Below are positions 44,001 through 53,523 of a DNA stretch of 60,900 nt, in pieces (position 1 is the first letter of the stretch; each line of letters opens with the position of its first letter). Made by a program: the position numbers and the translations under genes. The stretch lies in assembly GCA_043810615.1 (NCBI GenBank), contig JBDROA010000181.1:1-60900 (forward strand). Reading direction: 5' to 3'. The stretch comes from Actinomycetota bacterium. GTDB taxonomy: Bacteria > Actinomycetota > Acidimicrobiia > Spongiisociales > UBA11373. The notes beneath the pieces are model-generated. The model searched no databases, was not told where the DNA came from, and saw nothing but the letters and a program-made list of their open reading frames with translations.

Positions 44001-44883
44001 ACCGGGCCCCTTCGGCAAGGTGTCGCCGGCGGACGGGGCCACCGACCGACCGCTCACCCTCACGCTCGATTGGGGAGCGGCGGCTGAGGCGACCTCCTAC
44101 GAGTACTGCTTCGACACCACCGATGACGACGCTTGCGCGACCTGGGTGAGCACCGGGGCGGCGACCAACGCGGTGGTGGGTGGTCTGTCCTACAGCACCA
44201 CCTACTACTGGCAGGTGCGGGCCAACAACGACGCCGGCACCACCCATGCCGAGGGAGCCGAAACCGCCTACTGGAGCTTCAGCACCCCCACCCTGGTGGA
44301 GATGAGCTTCAGGTCGTTGGGAGGCTACGACGGTTGGGTGCTGGAGCGGGATGAGGAGTCCGGCAGGGGCGGCACGTCCGACGCCGCGGGCACCACCGCT
44401 CTCGTCGGCGACGACGCCTCCGACCGCCAGTACCGCAGCATCCTCGACTTCGATACCACCGCCCTGCCCAACAACGCCGTTATCACCGGGGTCACCTTGC
44501 GCATCAGGCGCTCGGGCATCACCGGCACTAACCCGTTCACCACACACGGACTACTGAAGGTCGACATGAAGGCCGGCGCCTACCACGACAACCCCGTCCT
44601 GGAGCACTTCGACTTCCATGCCGTAGGCACCCGGGGCAACGTGGGCCGGTTCATCAAGACCCCCGACGATCGCTGGTACCGGGCGCCTCTCAGAACGACC
44701 TACCTGGTCAACCGCATCGGCCATACCCAGTTCCGGCTGCGGTTCGCCCTCGACGACAACGACGACGGCGGAGCCGACTACATGGAGTTCTTTACCGGCA
44801 ACGCCCCGATCGTGGCCGACCGGCCCGAACTGGTCATCACCTACTACCTGTCCAACCGCACGTTTCAGATAGCGGTTCTCTGA
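41092..44883 (+). CDS. ExeM/NucH-family extracellular nuclease (lamin-tail domains + endonuclease/exonuclease/phosphatase domain + C-terminal FN3-like and DNRLRE-like modules)
   Basis: GGGGAGG before ATG 41092. Signal peptide ending AYA. [51 protein letters not shown]...[21 protein letters not shown]. Confidence 0.85.
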   Translation: [1263 protein letters not shown]

Positions 44884-44940
44884 AGGCGCCTTGGCCAACC
44901 TCCCGGCGGTTGCCCGCCGGGAGGGTCCCGGCCGGCGCCT
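44884..44940 (+). terminator. nested GC hairpin right after the nuclease stop
   Basis: Inner stem CCTCCCGGCGG-ttgc-CCGCCGGGAGG (44899-44924). Outer stem AGGCGCC/GGCGCCT. Confidence 0.65.
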
Positions 44941-45176
44941 TGAGTGACATCACGAGCGGCAGGACGGCGGGGTTGTCGTGGGGCCGACCCCGTTCGGGGC
45001 CGCCGCGGCCGAAGAGAGCGCGGGAGCGGGTGGGGTGTTGGGGCGTGGGTCGGGTTGTCGCCGCCGGTGAGGCGGCGACCGGTGCGTCCCCCGGGGCATG
45101 GAGGGTGGACCTCATGGGACAACTCCCAAACCAGCAACAACGCCGACGAGGTTGGTGATGGGGAGCCTGTCGCGTG

Positions 45177-45410
45177 TCAGGTTTCTGAGACAGGCTCGTG
45201 GGTTGGTGGTTGGGTGGTCGGGGTCTGTCGGTAGAGGTCGGCGGGTCGGCGCAGGCCGATGTCCTCGTGGGGTCGGATCGTCGTGGAGATGCCTCGGTAG
45301 TTGGCGCAGTGGGCGGCGAGGGCGACCCCGTCGCCGATGTCGTGGCAATAGAGCCGAGCGTATTCGCCGGGCGGAAGAATCGTTCGATCCGCCCGTTCGT
45401 TCACGGTGCC
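45177..45410 (-). mobile_element. C-terminal fragment of a DDE (rve-type, IS481/IS3-like) transposase
   Basis: ...GTVNERADRTILPPGEYARLY...ALAAHCANY...RPHEDIGLRRPADLY follows the G.(I/V)ER.NRT...E(W/Y)A....-....YN..RPH..LG...P pattern. A stop lies three codons upstream. No catalytic core is present. Confidence 0.45.
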
Positions 45411-45661
45411 TTCCTACGGGTGGGGATGTGGGTGATGTGCCGCTGGGAGCGGACCCAGCGCGAGACCGCCGCCCCGAGACCAGGCGCGGCGCCGCCGCCG
45501 GGCCGGCGCAGACGGGGCCGAGCGCCGAACGGTGGCGGCCCGCACCCCCAGCCCTGATGGGCCCGGGGCCGTGGGCGACGCTGAAGGGGGAAGGCCGCGC
45601 CGCCTGGTCTCCAGCGCCCGTCCGGGGGCCCCCTGCCAGACCGGCCGCGGCGGCATACCGC

Positions 45662-46192
45662 CTAGTAGATGTAGGTGATCTGCACTGTGAAGAGTTGGAC
45701 GCTGTCCGAGCCGACGTAGGCATACAGCCAGGAGCTGTGGAAGGCGGCGTTCACCGTGCGGGGGCTGATCGCCGTCGTGGCGACTACCTGGGGGTACGCG
45801 GTGATGTCCGAGGTGCACACGCCGCCTGCCCAGAGCGGCGGATAGGGGTTCCTGGCGGGGGCCGAGCGCTCAAGCCTGGCGCACACCTGGTTCACGGTGC
45901 CGGACGTGCTGTCGACGGCGTAGAGGGTGATCTTCCTGACTTTCACCTCCTGTACCGGGAAGGACACGGGAGCGACGAAGTACTCGGGGCCGGTCAAGTA
46001 GACGCCGTAGTTGGCGTATTCCGGGTTGTCGCTGATGGGAACGAAGGCCGCTGCCGGGATCATGATCTTGCCGATTGTTAGCCGCGGCTCCTCGGCAGCA
46101 GTTACCTTTCCGCTGGCGCCCGGCAGGGTCAGCAGCACGGCTGCCAGCAGACCCACCAGCACCGGTGCCCCCACTTTCCTCGTTCGGATCAT
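45662..46192 (-). CDS. secreted hypothetical protein
   Basis: Signal MIRTRKVGAPVLVGLLAAVLLTLPGASG, then a beta-rich-looking sequence ending ITYIY. Lies in a less GC-rich stretch. Confidence 0.55.
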   Translation of the reverse strand: MIRTRKVGAPVLVGLLAAVLLTLPGASGKVTAAEEPRLTIGKIMIPAAAFVPISDNPEYANYGVYLTGPEYFVAPVSFPVQEVKVRKITLYAVDSTSGTVNQVCARLERSAPARNPYPPLWAGGVCTSDITAYPQVVATTAISPRTVNAAFHSSWLYAYVGSDSVQLFTVQITYIY

Positions 46193-46910
46193 CGCCGTAC
46201 CTCTCCGTCGGGATGCCCGCACCTGCGGGCATCAATCGGTGGCTCCCCGGCCCCTGGGAGCTGGCACCTCACCGACACAGCCGGGGAGCGGTCTGGCGGG
46301 CACACTAGGCCGGGCGCCGGGCCCCCGCACGCCCCGGTCTTCGACAGCGATCGCGCCAGCGGCAGGCAAGGGGAGTCCACCAGCACGGGGGGATCCCTGG
46401 TCACGGTGCATCTCGACCGAAGAGGTCGGGCCAGGGGTCTGCAGGAGCCAGGGGTTGGCCTCGGTCCCGGATCCCTCGACATTCGGTGCAACCACGCTCC
46501 CTCCTTCCATGACGTTCTCGTGCCGTCGCGGCCGGCGACTGGGCGCGGGCAGGGGAACCTCGGCTCTGGAGGAGGGCATGTCGCGGCGCCGGCGGTGGCT
46601 GCCCTCGGTTGGGTAGACGGGAGTGGGCTCACTGCTCGAGTCGCCTGACTCGTGTTGGCAGGAGAGACAATTGCGGGAGTCGAGTGCCTGCCCGGCGGTG
46701 CGTGCGCCAAATCAGGGCCCCTTGCCGGTACCCCCGCTGGGGGCCTCCAACCCCTCGCTGCGCTTCGTCCGTCTTCAGGCCGGGCAGCCAGCCCGATCGA
46801 ACCAGGGCGGGGCGGCCATGGCCGCGGCGAGGAAGCGGTGGGTGCCGGTGCTGCTGGGCGGTGCTGGTGACCGATGTGGTCAGTCGGGGGATTCCGGGTG
46901 ATCCCACTCA

Positions 46911-46960
46911 CCCGGAGAACACAGAATCCCCTTGCCTGGCCAGGGGTTCCTGCGTGGGCC
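46911..46960. repeat. 50-nt repeat, copy 1 (48/50 identical to 56741-56790)
   Basis: CCCGGAGAACACAGAATCCCCTTGCCTGGCCAGGGGTTCCTGCGTGGGCC. The last 6 nt equal the 3' end of tRNA-Ile. Confidence 0.9.
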
Positions 46961-47510
46961 TTGTAGGACAGCTCTCGAAACGCCGCTCACGCTGATGTGG
47001 TCGGCCCGGAAGATCACCGGGCGACCCTCCGACCGGCCGAGTCGGTACTTGCGTTGCGCCTCCTCGGCCACGGCCCAGGTCGGCGATGCAGGTGTCGGTG
47101 GTCTCGCCCGACCGGTCGGAGACCATCCGGGCGTAGCCGGCGAGGCGGGCAGTCTCGATGGCCAGCAGGGTCTCGGTCACCGTCCCGATCTGATTCGGCT
47201 TGAGCAGAGCAGCGTTGGCGACCCGCCTCTCGGCGGCGAGGCGGATGGTGGCCGGGTCGGTGACGAAGATGTCGTCGCCCTCCAACTGCACCTTGGCGCC
47301 GATCCGCTCGGTGAGGGCGGCCCAGCCCTACCAGTCGTCTTCGGCGAGGCCGTCTTCAACACTCCAGATCGCGAAGCGGGTCACCGCCTCGGTGTACCAG
47401 TCGACCATGTCGGCCGTGGTCAGTGACCGCCCGGCGACCTGATATGCCCCGTCGCGGAGCGGCGCCGCCCCCGCCGCGGACCTCGGCCAGAAGCCATAGA
47501 GGTGCGTCAT
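46961..47510 (-). pseudogene. eno: enolase fragment (roughly residues 250-400), with an in-frame TAG and a decayed 3' end
   Basis: ...[35 protein letters not shown](47328-47330)[25 protein letters not shown]...[14 protein letters not shown]...[15 protein letters not shown]. The N-terminal half is absent. Confidence 0.8.
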
Positions 47511-47748
47511 CGGGGCGCCTCCTAGAGGATCTCTGCCTCACATTGGCCGTCAGGGTTTGCCTACGGTTAGTGGGACCTGCTGGGTAGCGTCCACAACCCA
47601 ACAGGTGCACCGAGATGGATCGGCCGACCGCCCGAACTGAGGACGGCTGACGGCAGAGCCGGAGGGGAGCAAGCTGAGCGACGCACGTCACCTTCACAGC
47701 CACAGCCACGAGCCAGGGGCTGTGGAACGGCCCACCCCCGGTGGCAGC

Positions 47749-49767
47749 ATGGCCGAGCACTACCATGGGATTCACCCCGGTGGTGACGTTGGGGGCCACG
47801 ACAGACACGCCGGCCACAGCGTGGCCAAGTTTCGACGTCGCTTCTTGGTGTCGCTGGCGCTGACCGTCCCGGTCCTCTTCTACAGCGAGACCATCCAGGG
47901 ATGGTTCGGATACACCGCCCCGTCGTTTCCCGGGTCGGAATGGCTGTCCCCGGTGCTGGGAACCGCGATCTTCCTTTACGGCGGTTCCCCCTTCCTGAGG
48001 GGCGCGGTCACCGAAATGAGGGACCGCCAGCCGGGGATGATGCTGCTCATCGGCATGGCGATCACCGTTGCCTTTGTGGCGTCGGCTTCCACGACCTTCG
48101 GGTGGTTCGACCTGGAGTTCTGGTGGGAACTCGCGGGGCTGATCACCATCATGCTGCTGGGGCATTGGATGGAGATGCGAGCCATCGGCAAGGCCCGGGG
48201 GGCTTTGGCGTCGCTCGCCGAGCTGCTGCCCGACGAGGCGGAACGGCTGGTGAACGGGAGCCCGGAAACGGTGCCGATCTCTCAACTGCAGGTGGGTGAT
48301 CTGGTCTTGGTGCGCTCCGGGAGCCGGGTCCCCGCCGACGGGGTGATCGTCGAGGGCGAAGCCGAGATCGACGAATCCATGGTCACCGGTGAGTCGAGCC
48401 CGGTGGCGAAGGGGCCCGACGATCGGGTGGTGGCCGGGACGGTGGCGACCGACTCTTCGATCCGGGTGAAGGTGCAGGCCGTGGGCGAGGATACGACCCT
48501 GGCGGGCATCCGACGGCTGGTGGCCCAGGCGCAGCAATCACGGTCACGGGCCCAGGTGCTGGCCGACCGAGCGGCGGCGATCCTGTTCTACGTGGCGGTC
48601 GCCTCGGCGGTCATCACGGTGATTGCCTGGCTGATTGCCGCTCAGTCCGACCAGGCGGTGGTCCGCACGGTCGCCGTGTTGGTGATCGCCTGCCCTCATG
48701 CCCTCGGCCTGGCGATCCCGCTGGTGATCGCCATCTCGACCCGGCTGGCTGCCGACAGCGGGATCCTGGTCAAGGACCGCCTCGCTCTCGAACGGATGCG
48801 GACTGTGGACATCGTCCTGTTCGACAAGACCGGCACGTTGACGAGAGGCGCTCATGCGCTGCGCGCGGTAGCGGCCGTCGACGGAGACGACGATCGGCTC
48901 CTGGCGCTGGCGGCGTCCGTGGAGGCGGATTCCGAGCATCCCCTCGCCCGTGCCATCGTCGCCGCCGCGCGGGAACTCGGGGAGGTCCCAGCCGCGACGG
49001 GGTTCCGGTCGATGAGCGGCCGCGGGGTCGAGGCCAGCATCAACGGCGACCCGGTAGCGGTGGGCGGCCCGGCCCTGCTTCGGGAACGGCACCTGGCGGT
49101 CCCGACGACGCTGGAGGAGGTTGCCGAGGGATGGAAACGGCGGGGGGCGACGGTTCTCTACGTGATCCGTCGCCACCAGATCGTCGGGGCCGTCTCGCTC
49201 GAAGACGAGATCCGCCCTGAGTCCCGCCAAGCCGTCGAACGGCTCCACCGGCTCGGTGTCCGCGTGGCGATGATCACCGGTGACGCCCGCCAGGTCGCCG
49301 AGGCCGTCGCGACAGATCTGGGGATCGACGAGGTGCTGGCCGAGGTTCTCCCCGAGGACAAGCACTCCCAGGTCGCCGAGCTGCAAGGCCGGGGCCTCCG
49401 AGTGGCGATGGTCGGCGACGGCGTCAACGACGCACCCGCTCTCGCGCAGGCCGACGTCGGGATCGCCATCGGCGCCGGCACCGACGTCGCCATCGAATCT
49501 GCCGGGATCGTCCTCGCCTCCGACGACCCCCGAGGAGTGGTGGCGATCCGACGCCTTTCCCGAGCCAGCTACCGCAAGATGCTCCAGAACCTGGCCTGGG
49601 CGGCCGGCTACAACGTCCTGGCCATCCCGCTGGCCGCGGGAGCCCTGGCCTGGGCGGGGATCGTGCTCGCCCCTGCCGCCGCCGCCGCCCTCATGAGTGC
49701 CTCCACCGTCATAGTCGCCATCAATGCCCAGTTCCTTCGCCGACTCGAGTTGAAACCCTCATCCTGA
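47749..49767 (+). CDS. heavy-metal P1B-type ATPase, CopB-like (CPH motif, His-rich N terminus)
   Basis: MAEHYHGIHPGGDVGGHDRHAGH. TM motif ACPHALGLA, phosphorylation site DKTGTLT, hinge GDGVNDAPAL. ORF-track start 47722 is also possible. Confidence 0.9.
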   Translation: MAEHYHGIHPGGDVGGHDRHAGHSVAKFRRRFLVSLALTVPVLFYSETIQGWFGYTAPSFPGSEWLSPVLGTAIFLYGGSPFLRGAVTEMRDRQPGMMLLIGMAITVAFVASASTTFGWFDLEFWWELAGLITIMLLGHWMEMRAIGKARGALASLAELLPDEAERLVNGSPETVPISQLQVGDLVLVRSGSRVPADGVIVEGEAEIDESMVTGESSPVAKGPDDRVVAGTVATDSSIRVKVQAVGEDTTLAGIRRLVAQAQQSRSRAQVLADRAAAILFYVAVASAVITVIAWLIAAQSDQAVVRTVAVLVIACPHALGLAIPLVIAISTRLAADSGILVKDRLALERMRTVDIVLFDKTGTLTRGAHALRAVAAVDGDDDRLLALAASVEADSEHPLARAIVAAARELGEVPAATGFRSMSGRGVEASINGDPVAVGGPALLRERHLAVPTTLEEVAEGWKRRGATVLYVIRRHQIVGAVSLEDEIRPESRQAVERLHRLGVRVAMITGDARQVAEAVATDLGIDEVLAEVLPEDKHSQVAELQGRGLRVAMVGDGVNDAPALAQADVGIAIGAGTDVAIESAGIVLASDDPRGVVAIRRLSRASYRKMLQNLAWAAGYNVLAIPLAAGALAWAGIVLAPAAAAALMSASTVIVAINAQFLRRLELKPSS

Positions 49768-49875
49768 GATACCCACTGCAAGCCCACAAGCAGGCGGGGC
49801 GTGGCTCAACAGTGAGTTCGATGAGGTTGCCCGTCGAAGGACCGATCCGGTCGCGGCTCACCCGAAGCAGCGACC

Positions 49876-50400
49876 TCAGGGCCCAGCCGCGGAACCCGCC
49901 GGTTGCTCGGCAGGCCGGAAGGCGACCATGGGGAGAGAGGCCGCCAGTTCGGCCGGATCGGCGGGGGCGCTCTCCGGGACGGCCCCGATCCCGCGGAGGA
50001 CACCCGGCATCAGGCGAGCCTCGAAGCGGTGATCGCCCAGGAAGCGGACTGCCTCCGCCCGCCGCTCCTCCGTGGTGAGAAAGCGCTGGCGGGGCAGATA
50101 GTCGAGGAATCCCGTGCGCACCCGGAGAGCCGGCTGCACCTGCAGGTTGCGGTACCAGTCGGCCCCGGTCCCGTAGGCGGACACCACGATGCTCTCCTTC
50201 GTGGACCGGTCGTGTCTGATCACTTCCAGCACCGTGTGGTGCACGCGGCCCGACCTACGTCCACGGTGAGTCACCTCCAGGAAGCGGCGGCCCAGCAGCC
50301 AACCGAGGTGCCCGCGATACAGCCACGTCGGACCCTTGAAGAGCATCCGAAGCAGTGAAGACGGAGCCCCCGGCTCAAGTAAGGGAGGAGACCCGGCCAT
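49876..50400 (-). CDS. nitroreductase-family deazaflavin-dependent oxidoreductase (DUF385/Ddn-like)
   Basis: ...GRRFLEVTHRGRRSGRVHHTVLEV...VVSAYGTGADWYRNLQVQPALRV... The start may be ATG 50346. Confidence 0.7.
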   Translation of the reverse strand: MAGSPPLLEPGAPSSLLRMLFKGPTWLYRGHLGWLLGRRFLEVTHRGRRSGRVHHTVLEVIRHDRSTKESIVVSAYGTGADWYRNLQVQPALRVRTGFLDYLPRQRFLTTEERRAEAVRFLGDHRFEARLMPGVLRGIGAVPESAPADPAELAASLPMVAFRPAEQPAGSAAGP

Positions 50401-50812
50401 TCTTCCAGGCTACCTCGATGACCCGCCAACGCCCTGCCGACACCATCGGCTCCAACCATGCCGCGCTGAGGGCCTGGTCAACCCGGGCGAAGGCACCGGC
50501 AGCCTGATCGGCCCGGGTCATGCGACGCCGAAACTCGGCAGCGACGCCCCCCGAGCGGGCGGTCTTCCGGCCGTGGCGCTGGTCGGCCAGGCGCCGGGCG
50601 GTCACGTCCCGCCAAGGCCCGCAGGCCCACACGCGGCGCGTCCGCGGAACCGGCGAAAGCTCCGACCAAGGCCATGAGCCCCGCCTTGCGTGCCGTCGCA
50701 CGGCATTCGTGGCGGCCGACGGCCGGTGTGCCAGTCCTTTGGCTTCGTAGCTGCTTCTGCGGGGTCTACGCCCGAATCCACCGTCCTCCGTCCCCTCGGG
50801 GAGGACCCCCAA
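50375..50812 (-). CDS. possible hypothetical protein (weak)
   Basis: The C-terminal half (...LADQRHGRKTARSGGVAAEFRRRMTRADQAAGAFARVDQALSAAWLE...) looks protein-like. TTG start. No recognisable motif. Confidence 0.25.
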   Translation of the reverse strand: MGVLPEGTEDGGFGRRPRRSSYEAKGLAHRPSAATNAVRRHARRGSWPWSELSPVPRTRRVWACGPWRDVTARRLADQRHGRKTARSGGVAAEFRRRMTRADQAAGAFARVDQALSAAWLEPMVSAGRWRVIEVAWKNGRVSSLT

Positions 50813-50857
50813 GGAGCGGAGCGGCGCCAGGTGGTATAAGGAGCCGCTGCCTGTCGC

Positions 50858-51946
50858 ATGCCAGGGTTGGTCGGCGGGATGAGCGGGCTGCCGCTAGCCG
50901 CGTTGCTCGGGATCTTCCTGGCCGCCGGGGCGGCCATTTGGCTGGCCGGGATCAGACTCTCCGACGCCACCGACGTCCTGGAGATGAGGCTGGGACTGGG
51001 GGACACCTTCGGCGGGGTGATCCTGCTAGTGATCGTCACCAACCTGCCGGAGATCGCCATCGTGGCGAGTGGCGCGCTGGCAGGCAATTTGGATATCGCG
51101 GTCGGCAACATCCTCGGCGGCGTCGCCATCCAGACCGTGGTGCTGGTCGTGCTTGACATCGTCGGGTTGCCTAGCGCGACGGCGTTCACCTATCGGGGTT
51201 CGTCGCTGATCGTGCTCCTGGAGGCCGGAACGGTGGTGGCCGTGCTGACCGTTACCGTGATGGGAAGCCAACTCCCCTCCAACCTGTTGTGGTGGCGCGT
51301 CGACCCCGCCGCCCTGCTCATTGCCGTGGTCTGGCTGGCGGGGCTGGTCCTGGTCGGCCGGGCCCGTAAGGGGCTGCCCTGGCACAGGAATGGCCAGCCG
51401 CCCGATGGGCAGGAACGTCCGCGCGGGCACTCCAAGCAGGCCAAGGAGCAGGGGGTGTCGGGCCGGCGGGTGAGCACAGCCCGCGCTGCTGCCGAGTTCG
51501 CGGCAGCAGCGGCGGCAACCCTCGTCGGTGGGGTTCTGCTCGAGCGCAGCGGGGAGGTCATCGCCACCCATGTCCACGTGAGCGGGGTCCTGTTCGGGTC
51601 CACCGTGCTCGCCGCGGCCACCGCGCTGCCCGAGCTCTCCACGGGCCTGGCCGCGGTGCGGATGGGCGACTACCAGCTGGCGTTCGGCGACATCTTCGGA
51701 GGCAACGCCTTCCTTCCGGTCCTGTTCCTGCTGGCGAGCCTGCTGTCGGGGCAAGCGGTCGTCACCCAGGCCGGGGCGACTGACATCTACCTGGCGGGCC
51801 TCGGCGCCCTCCTCACGGTGGTATACATGTTCGGAATCGTGTTCCGGCCGTCTCGAACCATCGCCCGAATGGGCCTCGACTCAGCCGTCGTCCTCCTCCT
51901 GTACCTGGTCGGGATAGCCGGCCTGGTGGCAATGGCGACATCGTGA
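50858..51946 (+). CDS. sodium/calcium exchanger (CaCA) family membrane protein
   Basis: Two alpha-repeat halves: GDTFGGVILLVIVTNLPEIAIV...GNILGG and GVLFGSTVLAAATALPELSTG...GDIFGGNAF. Confidence 0.8.
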   Translation: MPGLVGGMSGLPLAALLGIFLAAGAAIWLAGIRLSDATDVLEMRLGLGDTFGGVILLVIVTNLPEIAIVASGALAGNLDIAVGNILGGVAIQTVVLVVLDIVGLPSATAFTYRGSSLIVLLEAGTVVAVLTVTVMGSQLPSNLLWWRVDPAALLIAVVWLAGLVLVGRARKGLPWHRNGQPPDGQERPRGHSKQAKEQGVSGRRVSTARAAAEFAAAAAATLVGGVLLERSGEVIATHVHVSGVLFGSTVLAAATALPELSTGLAAVRMGDYQLAFGDIFGGNAFLPVLFLLASLLSGQAVVTQAGATDIYLAGLGALLTVVYMFGIVFRPSRTIARMGLDSAVVLLLYLVGIAGLVAMATS

Positions 51947-52176
51947 CACTCCCATCCTGAAGGACGCCGGGGCGCTTTGCCCGGAGGGGTGCGTCGCGTA
52001 CTTCGAACTGGATGGCGCCGAGACGGCCCGCGGCGGCGCGCCTTCCTTGAGGCAACCCGGTGCGCGTCCCGTCCGGGCCATACAGAAGGTGCAAGCGAGC
52101 GGCGCAGTCGGCGGTCTATGGATCGCCGACTGCGGCCCGCGAACGAGGCAACCACCCCCGCCGGTAGGATTGGCCA

Positions 52177-53331
52177 ATGACAGCGACGAACCCTATTGGC
52201 GAGATCGACCGACTGTCGGTAGCCGACATCACCGACCTCGGGTCCCCTGATGGGCCGTGCCTGTCGATATTCATGCCAACACATCGACATGGGCCCGAGA
52301 CTCTGCAGGCACCCATCCGGTTGCGCAATCTGATCGGCACTGCGGCCCGTGACCTGCACAGCAACGATGTCCCTAAGGCCATCGTCGAGGATCTCCTGGC
52401 CCCGCCCCGACGTTTGGCGGACGATGCCTCGTTTTGGCAGCACCAGGCCGACGGGCTGGCGGTCTTCTCTGCGCCGGGCCTCTTCCGGAGGTTCCGGGTC
52501 CCGTTGCCGTTGGCAGAGGAGGCCACGGTCGCGGCGTCGTTCCGGGTTCGGCCTGTGCTGCCGCTGCTGAACGATGAGGCCTTCTTCGTGCTCTCGCTCA
52601 GCCAGAACGCTCTGCACCTGTTCGAGGCGACTCGCTACACGATCGGGCCGCTCGAGCCCGACCTGGTGCCCGGGTCGATGGCCGAAGCGCTGGCCCACGA
52701 AGATCCCGAACGCCAACTGCAATTCCACAGCTCCGGCGGGGAGGCGCAATACCACGGTCATGGCGCCGGGGCCGAGATCGACAAGGCCGCACTCGAGCGC
52801 TATCTCCGCGCCGTCGACCGAGCGGTGACCGAGCGGCTCGGCGGTTCACGACAACCGCTGGTCCTGGCATGCGTCGGCTACTACCTGCCCATCTACCAGT
52901 CCGTGAACCACCATCCGGCCCTCGTGGACCGGGCGGTCGAAGGAAACCCCGAGCATCGGTCGCCGGCCGAACTGCATACTGCAGCTTGGGACCTCATCGA
53001 ACCCCTCCTAGCCCGAGGGCTTGAGAGTGACCTGGAGCGCTTCCGAAACGCCGCAGGCACCGGCAAGGCGATCACCGCGATCGAAGAGGTCATCTCCAGC
53101 GCTCGTGAAGGCCGAGTGGAGACCCTCTTCGTCACTGGAGGACCTGGCCTGTGGGGCCGGGTCGCACCCGACACGGGAGAAGTGACGATCACAACCGAGC
53201 CGTCGATCGCTGAGGAGGACCTCGTCGATCGCGCCGTGCTGGACACGCTCGGCCGGGGCGGCACCGTCCGCCTCGTCGATGCTGGGACCATCAGCGCCGA
53301 CGCCGTCGCCGCCGCCCTGTTGCGCTACTAG
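52177..53331 (+). CDS. baeRF3-like (bacterial archaeo-eukaryotic release factor fold) protein
   Basis: 384 aa. ...GPCLSIFMPTHRHGPETLQAPIRLRNLIG...FFVLSLSQNALHLFEATRY... fits my recollection of this family. No GGQ tripeptide is present. Confidence 0.5.
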   Translation: MTATNPIGEIDRLSVADITDLGSPDGPCLSIFMPTHRHGPETLQAPIRLRNLIGTAARDLHSNDVPKAIVEDLLAPPRRLADDASFWQHQADGLAVFSAPGLFRRFRVPLPLAEEATVAASFRVRPVLPLLNDEAFFVLSLSQNALHLFEATRYTIGPLEPDLVPGSMAEALAHEDPERQLQFHSSGGEAQYHGHGAGAEIDKAALERYLRAVDRAVTERLGGSRQPLVLACVGYYLPIYQSVNHHPALVDRAVEGNPEHRSPAELHTAAWDLIEPLLARGLESDLERFRNAAGTGKAITAIEEVISSAREGRVETLFVTGGPGLWGRVAPDTGEVTITTEPSIAEEDLVDRAVLDTLGRGGTVRLVDAGTISADAVAAALLRY

Positions 53332-53523
53332 ATACTGGTTGGCCCGATCGGCCTGTCCGCCATCTGAGGCGCAGTTGTGATCCGCCCCGGAAGCTTCCCG
53401 CTGAACTCACCCCGACCACGCTCAGGTGGGTCAAGCCTCGCAGTGAAGGACCGCGGCACCGCCCGATGCCCGCCCGATGGTGGCGCGGAGTTGCCCAGAC
53501 TCCGCCCGACAGCAAGCCGCACT

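Noticed and set aside
41128-44547. 592-aa and 391-aa minus-strand ORFs inside the nuclease gene
   Set aside because: Antisense shadow frames with no independent start context and no motifs.
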